Source of the DNA: an uncultured Verrucomicrobiota bacterium
GTDB taxonomy: Bacteria; Verrucomicrobiota; Kiritimatiellia; SS1-B-03-39; UBA6053
DNA length: 64,000 bases
Direction of reading: 5' to 3'
Assembly (NCBI GenBank): GCA_964385155.1
Contig: CAYLNG010000003.1
Span: 74,784-138,783, forward strand
Shown here: positions 17,865-33,849 of the stretch, one piece after another
How positions within the stretch are numbered: the first letter of the stretch is position 1
Layout of the letters: each line of letters begins with the position of its first letter
Position numbers and translations under genes: made by a program
Notes under the pieces: model-generated
Told to the model about the DNA's origin: nothing
The model's input: the letters and a program-made list of their open reading frames with translations, nothing else
The model's database searches: none

Positions 17865-20563
17865 TATTCGCCTCCCATTCTTGTTACTGCCTGGTCGTAC
17901 CACATGAGCAGTTTGGGATCTTCTTCCAGGACGTTGTTGGGAATCTTTTCAGCCACTGCTACGATTACATTGTAATCTCTCTCTTGCCAGGCCTTCTTGA
18001 AACCGGCTCGAACAGCTTCTAGCCGGAAAACTTTGAGATTCTTCTTGGCACCTTTATATTCCTCGAACTCCTTCAGCAACGCCCTTTCGCGTAATTTTTC
18101 GAGATCACCAGCCTTATTTGGATCGGGCAAGTACCAGCGATCACGAGCTTTCGCAATGAGCCCTGGATCATCTTTGGGGCGGTTGCGTAACTCCGGCCAG
18201 TTAGTCGACAGATAACTGTGAATTTGGCTCGGAACTTCACCACGCCCTTCGAATCGCAAGAAGTTCTGCTCTAGCAACGTAGACAGTTCAAGAGCTTTCT
18301 CATTCTTGCTCCACCCACCAATTTCCCTCAAAAACTGTGGGTGGAGATCCCGGAAGGTCTGCGGTTTATCACGGAGAAGGCTTCTCAACCATTCAATTGC
18401 CGAAGATTCATCAGAAACAAACAGAGTACCTTGAATCAACCGTTCAACGGTTAAGCGTTTTTTGTCATACTCTGCAGCTTGTTCGGGAAGAAAAAACATC
18501 CCATCACGCTCAGCAAACCTCTGTCTAATACCGAGCTGGAATTCTTGATTAGAAATAGGTACGGGATATCCATTCCTAACATAGTAGGCCACCATTTGAT
18601 CGAACAATATTCTGGAGTCCCTTTCGGTGAGATACGCAACATCACTCCCTAACTTCTTGAAAGTGGGGAGATGAGAAAGATAGTTACGAACAAACTCCCA
18701 AACACCTCTCTCTTCTGAGGCAGATGCGTTGAATTTCTCAAGGAATTGAGTTGAAGGCTTGTAGGCAGAGATAATCAAATCCTGGACAACAGCCCCCGGC
18801 CTTATATCGGCAAGTATTGTTGTAGATCCTTTATCAAGCTTGCATACCTGAGCAACCACGAAACCTGCTTCGGATATCGCATTTTGTATTAGGTTCCAGA
18901 CCGAAGCTTGCGTGTTGTGAAACTCTACAGTCAGCCATTTTCCTGGCCTTAATACTCTGTAACACTCTTTAAACGCTCGAAGCATTAACCGACCGTAATC
19001 TTCAAACTCCTTATGCTTTGTTTCATCGATTACTGCTTCTGGTGAATTGTTAGATCTTACCTTTAACCATCCCTCGAGAATCAAGTTCATTTCGCTGTAT
19101 ATTATGTTTGCACCAAAAGGAGGATCGGTATAGATGTAATCAATGCTCTGGTCCACAATCTGATCAAGCTTCGTGGCTGACTGCGTTGTTACAAGATGGC
19201 CTTCATGGTTTCGTGGCTTTTCACTTTCGGCATCAATGAATTTTTTTATCTTTCTTCTGAGAGAGTCGTAGATATTTTTTTCCATTCGAACGATTGGCAT
19301 ATACAGGTTTCCTGACATGCCTCCACCGCCACCGAAATATCCTTGACGCTCAGATATGACAGTGAAAATTGACGTTAAGCACGATCTAATAGCATTACGT
19401 ATGGACGCGTCGTTGATTTCTGCCATACGTTGCCACAGGTCGGCAAAGACCAATCGGTTTCTTTCTGATAGAAACTTGCTAACGTCTGTAATTGCTTTGT
19501 CGCCTAACTGAGCGAGCTTTGCTGAGTATCCAGCTGGGTCTATTTCGTCAGATGGAATCCACAAAGGTGTATCTTGTAGGGCAGATATAACTTTGCGCAC
19601 AACATCTCGATCGAAATCGTTTGGCTCTCGGTTAATCCGATTTCTTCCAGACGCAGCATTTACCCAAGCAAGAGATTTTTTCTTTCCATCAGTTGTAAGT
19701 ACCCGTTCAACTTTCCTTACGTTTAGTTCAGCACCACATGATGGACACTTGAATTGCTTTTTAGTCTGGACCTTGTTGCCATGGTGAATAACGCCGTGCG
19801 GGAAAAACGGAAATTCATGAACACACTCAGGGCAATTAAACACATCCGTCCATACGTAATAGTTAACACTTGTACGTCTTCCGGCATCTTCTGTTTCATA
19901 CACCCAGCTAAATTTTTTCTCGGACTGCCTTAATAAATTCTCAATTTCTTTTTTGAATAAGTGTTTGTCGAAACTAGACGTATTAACGCTAGAGATAAAT
20001 GTCGCTATTGGTGAAAGATCGTTGACAATAACATTTCTTCCGCACTCTCTGGCGGCTACGCCCGTCATTCCGGTCCCACAGAAAATGTCCAGTACCAAAT
20101 CACCTGGGGAGGTGTAGTAGGTAATCAAATCCTTGATAATCTCTGGAGGCACTTTGGTATGATAAGGATGAAATGAATAAACAGGATGCCGACCTGTCGC
20201 GGCAAGATCGCCCGAATATGGTTCCGAAACTACTTCCGTTGAGGAAGGATCTCCATATATCGACAAAAATTCCCCAATCCACGGATTAGGACAAGCGGTG
20301 TAATACGGCGGATCGCTCAGGTTCAGGATGTCCTCGTCGCTGCCGATAGGAAAGCCTTCGATCTTGCGGAACTCCGGGTCCTGCAGCTTCTTGCGCAGCT
20401 CCTCGGTGAAATGGGCGCGGCGGGCCTCATCGTTCTCGAAGGTCATACCGAGACAAGTCACCGGGCCGGAGGGCTTCTGCGGCTCTTCAAGCAGCGAGTC
20501 GAACAAACTGGTTTCTTTCATCTTCATATTCCTTTTTGGCGTCTTGTTTCTCAGCTTGGTCAC
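17864..20563 (-). CDS. pglXI: BREX type 3 DNA methyltransferase PglXI-like (N6/N4 amino-methyltransferase)
   Basis: 899 aa. VLDIFCGTGMTGVAA (SAM-binding FxGxG) and IYTDPPFGANI (DPPF/DPPY catalytic motif), with a Cys-rich CPEC...CPSC insertion between them. The true start may be ATG 20527 or 20521 (MKMKETSLF). Confidence 0.8.
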   Translation of the reverse strand: MTKLRNKTPKRNMKMKETSLFDSLLEEPQKPSGPVTCLGMTFENDEARRAHFTEELRKKLQDPEFRKIEGFPIGSDEDILNLSDPPYYTACPNPWIGEFLSIYGDPSSTEVVSEPYSGDLAATGRHPVYSFHPYHTKVPPEIIKDLITYYTSPGDLVLDIFCGTGMTGVAARECGRNVIVNDLSPIATFISSVNTSSFDKHLFKKEIENLLRQSEKKFSWVYETEDAGRRTSVNYYVWTDVFNCPECVHEFPFFPHGVIHHGNKVQTKKQFKCPSCGAELNVRKVERVLTTDGKKKSLAWVNAASGRNRINREPNDFDRDVVRKVISALQDTPLWIPSDEIDPAGYSAKLAQLGDKAITDVSKFLSERNRLVFADLWQRMAEINDASIRNAIRSCLTSIFTVISERQGYFGGGGGMSGNLYMPIVRMEKNIYDSLRRKIKKFIDAESEKPRNHEGHLVTTQSATKLDQIVDQSIDYIYTDPPFGANIIYSEMNLILEGWLKVRSNNSPEAVIDETKHKEFEDYGRLMLRAFKECYRVLRPGKWLTVEFHNTQASVWNLIQNAISEAGFVVAQVCKLDKGSTTILADIRPGAVVQDLIISAYKPSTQFLEKFNASASEERGVWEFVRNYLSHLPTFKKLGSDVAYLTERDSRILFDQMVAYYVRNGYPVPISNQEFQLGIRQRFAERDGMFFLPEQAAEYDKKRLTVERLIQGTLFVSDESSAIEWLRSLLRDKPQTFRDLHPQFLREIGGWSKNEKALELSTLLEQNFLRFEGRGEVPSQIHSYLSTNWPELRNRPKDDPGLIAKARDRWYLPDPNKAGDLEKLRERALLKEFEEYKGAKKNLKVFRLEAVRAGFKKAWQERDYNVIVAVAEKIPNNVLEEDPKLLMWYDQAVTRMGGE

Positions 20564-20611
20564 TTTATGGGTGACTAAGCTCGGCGGAGTTGGTCACTCG
20601 CTTAGTCACTC

Positions 20612-24855
<4,244 letters not shown>

Positions 24856-25097
24856 TCTCCTGTAATACGGTAAGCCCTTCACAAATAAAGCCTAAAGGTA
24901 TGCCTCGATCTAAGGTAACCTGATCGGTCGAAATTCTTAGAACTCTTTTCCTGAAACTTAAGCAAAACCAAATAGCATAAACAATCACATCTATTTTTAC
25001 ATTAACCATTTATAAATTCAATATACCCAGACAGATCCTCACAATCATCCTCCAACTCTACATCCCCCCCCAAAAAAAATGAAGCACTCAAACCGGA

Positions 25098-25153
25098 GCG
25101 CGGACATTCCTGTCCGCGGAAACATCCCACCCCCAAAAAAACGGCGGGCACCA
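25098..25153. repeat. Right copy of perfect 56-bp direct repeat (attR-like)
   Basis: Identical to 8070-8125. Only here does the sequence continue (ggcccgccg) to complete the katG terminator hairpin. Confidence 0.95.
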
Positions 25154-25162
25154 GGCCCGCCG
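25134..25162 (-). terminator. Rho-independent terminator of katG (possibly bidirectional with smc before island insertion)
   Basis: Minus strand reads cggcgggc-ctggt-gcccgccg followed by T7-8 (A run 25134-25141 on plus). It begins about 30 nt after the katG stop (25193-25195). Confidence 0.75.
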
Positions 25163-25192
25163 TTCCCACTTTTCAGTTCTTTCCCCTCTCCC

Positions 25193-27822
<2,630 letters not shown>

Positions 27823-27945
27823 AATGATCAAAATATTCAAATTCCTGAATTAGTCCAGAATTTAAATGAAATCAAGAGAGGGTGGCGTGGAATTCCGGCC
27901 CGGACACATCTTGCCAAGTAGATGGAAACAGATAGGAAAGAGGAG

Positions 27946-29028
27946 ATGCGCCTACTCGACCGCTATCTCCTGCGGACATTTCTGATGCCCTGGCTGACCT
28001 GCCTGCTGGGATTCGCCTTCCTCCTGATCCTGGTGGATTTGGTGGACCAGCTCAATGACTTCCTGGATGGGGGTGCGGGTCCTGGGATGGTCCTGCTCTA
28101 CTATATCCGGTTCCTTCCAACGATCTGGATCTACGTGGGGCCGGTGACGTTGCTTCTGGGGACTTTGTACTGTTTCTACCAGCTGACACGCAACAACGAG
28201 GTCATCGCGATGAGGGCGAGCGGGATATCGCTGCACCGTATTCTGCGGCCTTTCCTCGCGCTGGGGGTGCTCTTCTCCCTGTTGTCGATCCACATGGCCG
28301 AAAATATCTCACCACGCAGCCTGGGATGGACCGAGCAGTTCCTGCAAAAGTTGAAAAATCCGGACAGCCGTGTGCTCAGTCGCCTGCGCTTCCGGGATCC
28401 CGAAAGCAACCGAACCTGGGACATCCACGCATTCGAGGTGGACACCGGAACGCTCCGCCAAGTCAACATCTGGCAACGCCGCCCCGGAACAGATTCTCTC
28501 GAATACCACCTCCGCGCGGAAAGCGCCGTGTGGATGGATACCTACTGGTTCTTTCGCGATGTCACCCTCCAGCCCCATTCCGAAGAGGGCCACCGCGTTG
28601 GCCCCCCTCAGACCTTCTCCGTGCTACCCCGCATCGAAATCACCGAATCCCCCGACCGCATCCTCCGCGAAACCCAGAACTTCGACTACATGACCTCCCG
28701 CGAAATGCGGCAGTACCTCGATACGCGTCCCTCGACGACCTCCCGCACCCGGGCTCGCCTGCTTACTCAGCTCTCGATCCGCCGCGCTCAGGGGTGGATG
28801 TGCCTTGTCAGCATGCTTCTTGCCGCCCCCTTCGCCACCCAAACCGCCCGCAAAGGCGTCTTCACCGGCGTCATGCTCTGCCTCGGCCTTTTCTTCGCCA
28901 TGTTCTTCGCCATGAACCTGTTCAAGGCTCTTGGCCTCGGCATGCGCGTCCCCCCACTCGTCGCCGGCTGGGCCCCCCCCCTCCTCTTCGGGGGCCTCGG
29001 ACTCCATCTTGTCCGCAAACTCCGTTGA
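27946..29028 (+). CDS. LptF/LptG-family LPS export permease
   Basis: MRLLDRYLLRTFLMPWL is the typical start of the YjgP/YjgQ family. Multiple TM segments at both ends surround a central periplasmic domain. An alternative ATG lies at 27922. Confidence 0.8.
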   Translation: MRLLDRYLLRTFLMPWLTCLLGFAFLLILVDLVDQLNDFLDGGAGPGMVLLYYIRFLPTIWIYVGPVTLLLGTLYCFYQLTRNNEVIAMRASGISLHRILRPFLALGVLFSLLSIHMAENISPRSLGWTEQFLQKLKNPDSRVLSRLRFRDPESNRTWDIHAFEVDTGTLRQVNIWQRRPGTDSLEYHLRAESAVWMDTYWFFRDVTLQPHSEEGHRVGPPQTFSVLPRIEITESPDRILRETQNFDYMTSREMRQYLDTRPSTTSRTRARLLTQLSIRRAQGWMCLVSMLLAAPFATQTARKGVFTGVMLCLGLFFAMFFAMNLFKALGLGMRVPPLVAGWAPPLLFGGLGLHLVRKLR

Positions 29029-29076
29029 CAAGCCCCGTCCGCCGGGTCTAGGCTTTTCACAACCCCGGAGACCCCC

Positions 29077-30165
29077 ATGGACCTTCTGCTTCACTTTTTC
29101 CTGCAAGCCGTCGAGGCGGAAGCCTCCGACATCCACCTCAAGGTCGGCCATGCCCCGGTGTACCGGCTCGATGGACAGCTCTTCAGCGCGGACGCCCCCC
29201 CGGTGACCCAGGCCCAGATGGAGGAGCTCATGGACGAGTTCCTGACACCGCCGCTGCGGGACATCTACACGAGAAAGTTTGAAGTGGACTTCGCGTGGAA
29301 CTTCAACGACAACGTGCGTTTCCGTGCGAATCTCTTCAACAGCGGAGGGTTGCCGACCCTGACGCTCCGCTATGTCAAAAGCGCGAAGCACAGCTTCGAG
29401 AGCCTGAATCTTCCGCAGCAATTGTCGCAGATTGCGATGTCGCGACAGGGTATCGTACTGCTGGCAGGAACGACGGGTAGCGGGAAGTCCACCACGCTTG
29501 GTGCGATGATCAACTACATCAACGACCGGGAGTTTCGTCGGATCATCACGGTCGAAGATCCCATCGAATATCTCTTCAAGGACAACAAGTCCGTGATCTC
29601 GCAGCGCGAAGTGGGACTGGACACCACAACGTTCCAAACCGGGTTGAGAGCGGCGATGCGCCAGGATCCGGACATCATCATGGTGGGGGAAATCCGGGAT
29701 CGCAGCAGCGTCGAGACCGCGATCACGGCCGCGGAGACCGGGCACTTGATCTTTTCAACGGTGCACGCGGACAACTCGGTGCAGGCGGTCTTGCGCCTGC
29801 TTGACCTGTTCGACTCGGAGGAGCGGCCGCAGATCCGGCTGGCGATTTCGCAGACCTTGCAGGCGATCGTCACGCAGCGCCTCGTACCGGGTCTGAATGG
29901 CCGGGTGAGGCCGGCGTGTGAAATCCTTCGGACAAACGCGTTGGTGCGCAAGCTGATCCAAGAGGAAAGCCCCGAGAAACTTTTCACGGCGATGGAGGGA
30001 GGAAAAGAGGAAGGGATGCAGACGTTCAACCAGGCGCTGTACAACATGATCAAGGCGGGGGTGATTGACCAGGAGACAGGCCTCCGTTTCGCCTCTAACC
30101 CAGAGGCCCTGCGTATGAACCTCCGGGGCATCTTCCTGGACTCCGGCAGTCGGATCGTGCGCTGA
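29077..30165 (+). CDS. pilT: Type IV pilus twitching-motility ATPase PilT
   Basis: SDIHLKVGHAPVYRLDG, LLAGTTGSGKSTT (Walker A), IMVGEIRD and HLIFSTVHA are classic PilT/GspE-family boxes. 362 aa. Confidence 0.9.
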   Translation: MDLLLHFFLQAVEAEASDIHLKVGHAPVYRLDGQLFSADAPPVTQAQMEELMDEFLTPPLRDIYTRKFEVDFAWNFNDNVRFRANLFNSGGLPTLTLRYVKSAKHSFESLNLPQQLSQIAMSRQGIVLLAGTTGSGKSTTLGAMINYINDREFRRIITVEDPIEYLFKDNKSVISQREVGLDTTTFQTGLRAAMRQDPDIIMVGEIRDRSSVETAITAAETGHLIFSTVHADNSVQAVLRLLDLFDSEERPQIRLAISQTLQAIVTQRLVPGLNGRVRPACEILRTNALVRKLIQEESPEKLFTAMEGGKEEGMQTFNQALYNMIKAGVIDQETGLRFASNPEALRMNLRGIFLDSGSRIVR

Positions 30166-30190
30166 TCCGGGGCCCAGAGCCCGAAGGCCC

Positions 30191-32833
30191 TCACTCCTCC
30201 ATGACCCATCCGTGGGAAAGAACGAGGGCACCCAGTCCGGTGGCCCGCAGCCTCGGGGATTTCAGAAGATTCTCCGGCGGCAATTCCGTCACGACCAGCT
30301 CCGCATCGCGAGCAAGCGAGGGCCCCTCGGGCAAGGCAATCGCCGGACCGTCTTCCACCACCACCTCCAGGCTCCCCGTGTAGACCGCCCGCAGGAAAAG
30401 GCGGTCAGGCTCGAACGGCCTGTCGACCGAGAGGTCGAGGCTCTCGCCAGGGGCGAGGAAGTGGAAGAGAGCGGGGCGGGGAAGGAAAGATTGGTTGCGT
30501 ACCCGGGAGGGGGCGTAGCCTTGGCGATGGAGGCGGATACGGAATGCAGCGCGGGGAGGGAGAGGGAACTGGAGTTCCCCGTTGCGGAGAGTCGGGTCCA
30601 GGCGGATCAACCTTGGTCTGGCGGGAGGCGCCTCTGAGAAGGCGTGCGGGAAAAGGACGAGCTCTGTTACGCGGAAACCAACCGGCATGGGGAAAGCAAT
30701 GCGGGAGGAGCCAACGCCGTGGTCCGCGCCTACCACGACGATCTCGCCGGGCGCGGGATGCGACGCGGCCACGGTCAGACGAGGCGTGTCGACATCGATG
30801 TCGAGCAGGGTTCCCCGCAAGGGCGCCAACAGGACCTCCTCCCCGGCATCCTGCACGCCCTCTTCCGCAGCGGGGGGGCAGGAGCCCCTCCGCGCCTGGC
30901 CCCGAACGAGGTCGGGATGGGTCCGCAGAAGATGGAGGATCTCGGACACGTTCCACAATGAGCCGCATGTGGGGGATTCAGCGGGATCCTCGGCCACCAT
31001 ATTTACGATGGGAATCACACGTCCAGCGTGCAACATGGAAGCGGCACGGGCGACATCATAGGCCGCCGCAGAGATGAAGGGGTTGCCTCGACGGTGATGG
31101 TGTACGGTGAGGAAATCCAGTTCCCCACCGAGGGCTTGGAGAACGCGCAGGGTATGGCCACGGAAATCCAGGTAGTCGTTTGTGGCGAAATCAGGGGCGG
31201 AAGGTCCGCCAAGGCGGAGATGGGGATTGATGTTTCGGGCTCCGCGTGCGGCGGACCGGAAGAGTTGGATCCAGGCTTCGGTGGCCAGGCGTCCAGGAAA
31301 AGGCCCGACTTGCGTGGGGTCTTGCCAGTCCTTCACGCCCTGGGGAAGGAGGAAGCCTCTGTTGATGTGCCGCGCCCAGAGATGGGGTTGGTCCCACACT
31401 TCGAGGTCGCGGAGAACCCGTTCCGGGTGCTCCGGGGACCATGCGGTGGCGGCCAGGCTGGCATAATAGGCCTCCACTTTGGGAAGGAAGGATTCCAGCC
31501 CCTCGTCCATCCAAGCCGGACGCGCCCAGGGGTCGGCCGTATGTGTCCACACCCCCCTGTCCCGAGCGTCCGCTGGGTCGATACATGGGCCCGGGAAGGT
31601 ACTTGCGGCCTTGCGGGTGTTGTCCTCCAGGGTGTCCCCGGAGTCCCGCGGCTTTTCCGGGAGCTCGCCATTCCCGAAGGCCGTAAGGGTGAGGAAACGA
31701 AGTAGTCCTGTGCGCGGTGCGCGCACGGGCTCCAGGGCATCCGGCCCACCTTCCTTGGATGTGGCTGGGGGAGAAAGGTCCGGGCCCTGGAAACCGAGAA
31801 GGCCTGGAGGCACCTCGGAGACCCCGTTCAGGGCATAGGCCGACTCGGGACGCAATACAACCCGAACCCTGGGAATGGATGGGGGGGCTTCCTCCGCTGC
31901 CCCGTTGTACAAAAGGGAAAGTCCAGCTATCTCGACCTCCACCCTTCCCACCCCCGATCCATCCACCACCCCTACGCGCACACGCTCCACCTTCTCCCCC
32001 GCGAAGGGGGTCCACCGATCCCCCAAACTGTCCAGCGGCCACCTGAATTCGCGGGGGGCCGGGCCCACCCGCTCTGCCTGGCGCGCGGAAAACCACCCCT
32101 GCTCCGTCTTCACCTGCAGGAAAACCCGGGTGGAGACGGGTGCGGAGGCCTTGAGGGACAGGATCGTCATTCCTTGGGGCAGGACTGGACCATCCATGAT
32201 GAATTCCGCCCAGGCTTCGATTCCATCGTGGCGTTCTGTTTCAGGGAGAAAAGCCACCAGGGAGACAGAGTGCGGTGAGGCTTCGACCCAGGCCGGACCA
32301 ACAGCCGACCAGCCATTGCGGGGGGGAGGACGCCAGGCGCCTGTCAGTTTCCCGGAAACCATCGTGTCACCGCGGCGGGCCTGGTAGGAGCCGGAGAGAG
32401 CCTTGCCTGCCACCGGCGGGGTGTCCTTGCATGTGGCGGGAAGGAAGAACTCCCGATCTGTGCGGATCGGGGCCCATTCCAGTGGGTTCAGTTCCGCGGA
32501 GAGGGATACCACGAAGACCTCCTCCTCCCCGGGAAAAGAGGGGTTTCCGGATCGAGGGGCGTCCGGGCCGATGCGCAGCTCGAGTTCCGCATCGAGGTGG
32601 TTTCCCACCAGCTCCCACTTCCGGGCCGTCACCTCATTCCGGCTCACCCCGTTGTAGTCGGCGGCCGCGGTAAAAACGGGACCTGTTTGAGACATCCGAA
32701 AGGTGACGAAAAGATTACCCTCGTGCCCATTGCCTAGCGGGCGGATGCTCTCCAGCACCAAGGTCATTTCGGGAATCTCAGCGGAAACCCGGCCCAGCGC
32801 CAGCAGAAGCCCGGCGAACAGGAGGGCTCTCAT
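30191..32833 (-). CDS. Large secreted hypothetical protein
   Basis: 880 aa with signal peptide MRALLFAGLLLALGRVSAE. I recognise no catalytic motif. Codon usage and composition match the neighbouring genes. Confidence 0.6.
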   Translation of the reverse strand: MRALLFAGLLLALGRVSAEIPEMTLVLESIRPLGNGHEGNLFVTFRMSQTGPVFTAAADYNGVSRNEVTARKWELVGNHLDAELELRIGPDAPRSGNPSFPGEEEVFVVSLSAELNPLEWAPIRTDREFFLPATCKDTPPVAGKALSGSYQARRGDTMVSGKLTGAWRPPPRNGWSAVGPAWVEASPHSVSLVAFLPETERHDGIEAWAEFIMDGPVLPQGMTILSLKASAPVSTRVFLQVKTEQGWFSARQAERVGPAPREFRWPLDSLGDRWTPFAGEKVERVRVGVVDGSGVGRVEVEIAGLSLLYNGAAEEAPPSIPRVRVVLRPESAYALNGVSEVPPGLLGFQGPDLSPPATSKEGGPDALEPVRAPRTGLLRFLTLTAFGNGELPEKPRDSGDTLEDNTRKAASTFPGPCIDPADARDRGVWTHTADPWARPAWMDEGLESFLPKVEAYYASLAATAWSPEHPERVLRDLEVWDQPHLWARHINRGFLLPQGVKDWQDPTQVGPFPGRLATEAWIQLFRSAARGARNINPHLRLGGPSAPDFATNDYLDFRGHTLRVLQALGGELDFLTVHHHRRGNPFISAAAYDVARAASMLHAGRVIPIVNMVAEDPAESPTCGSLWNVSEILHLLRTHPDLVRGQARRGSCPPAAEEGVQDAGEEVLLAPLRGTLLDIDVDTPRLTVAASHPAPGEIVVVGADHGVGSSRIAFPMPVGFRVTELVLFPHAFSEAPPARPRLIRLDPTLRNGELQFPLPPRAAFRIRLHRQGYAPSRVRNQSFLPRPALFHFLAPGESLDLSVDRPFEPDRLFLRAVYTGSLEVVVEDGPAIALPEGPSLARDAELVVTELPPENLLKSPRLRATGLGALVLSHGWVMEE

Positions 32834-32836
32834 GAC

Positions 32837-33835
32837 TCAGCCGGCGTCCTGCTCGGGCTTGGGATCCCGCGAAAGAAGGGCCTCCATCGACGTCCGCGGA
32901 GAACGGCCCTCGTAGAGGATTGCGTAGACCTCCGACATGATCGGAACCTCCACTCCCAGATGCTCCGCCAGGTGCTTTGCCGTCCGCGCGTTGAACACCC
33001 CTTCCGCCACCATCGCCATCGACGCCTCGATCTGCTCCATCGTCTCCCCACGCCCTAATCGTTCGCCGAAACCCCGGTTCCGGCTCAGGTGACTGCCACA
33101 GGTCACCATCAGGTCCCCTACCCCGCTTAGCCCCGAAAAGGTCTCCGGCCTCCCACCTGCCGCCGAACCCAGCCGGATGATCTCCGCCAATCCCCGCGTC
33201 ACCAGCGCTGCCTTGGTGTTGTCTCCAAAACCAAGCCCGTCACTGATCCCCGCTGCAATCGCAATAACGTTCTTTAATGCTCCACCCAGTTCGACACCAA
33301 CGATATCATCAGATGTGTACACCCGAAACCGCGGGGCGTTGAACCACTCCTGGAATCTGGACGCCAGCGCAGGATCGGAGGAGGCGACCGTAACGGCGGT
33401 GGGGGACTGGCGTGCCACCTCCTCGGCGTGGCTGGGACCCGAAAGTGCCGCCACCCCCCCCAGCCCCAGCAGCTCCGCCGTCACCGCGCTCAGTCGCCGG
33501 TCGTCAACCAGTCCTTTCGATACGCTCACCAGGGAAGCCTCCGCCGGCACCACGCCCCGGAACCCGGCCAAGGTACTGCGCAGGAACTTGGTGGGAACCG
33601 CCATGACAAAACCATCCCTGCCGCGGGCGGCCTCGGCGCGGTCGGCCGTCCAGACGATGTCTTTGGGCAGGGGGATGCCGGGAAGGAATCGGAAGTTCTC
33701 TCCTCGTTCGCGGAGTTCAGCAAGGTAGTTGGGGTCGTGGCCCCAGACGGTGACCTCGTGCCCATTGCGGTGAAGGACGAGGGCGAGGGCGGTGCCCCAG
33801 CCTCCGTCGCCAAGTACGGTGATGGATGCGGACAT
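32837..33835 (-). CDS. gpsA: NAD(P)H-dependent glycerol-3-phosphate dehydrogenase
   Basis: ITVLGDGGWGTALALVL Rossmann motif, plus LKNVIAIAAGISDGLGFGDNTKAALVTRGLAEI, a typical GpsA core. Confidence 0.92.
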   Translation of the reverse strand: MSASITVLGDGGWGTALALVLHRNGHEVTVWGHDPNYLAELRERGENFRFLPGIPLPKDIVWTADRAEAARGRDGFVMAVPTKFLRSTLAGFRGVVPAEASLVSVSKGLVDDRRLSAVTAELLGLGGVAALSGPSHAEEVARQSPTAVTVASSDPALASRFQEWFNAPRFRVYTSDDIVGVELGGALKNVIAIAAGISDGLGFGDNTKAALVTRGLAEIIRLGSAAGGRPETFSGLSGVGDLMVTCGSHLSRNRGFGERLGRGETMEQIEASMAMVAEGVFNARTAKHLAEHLGVEVPIMSEVYAILYEGRSPRTSMEALLSRDPKPEQDAG

Positions 33836-33849
33836 GAGGTTCTCCTGGG

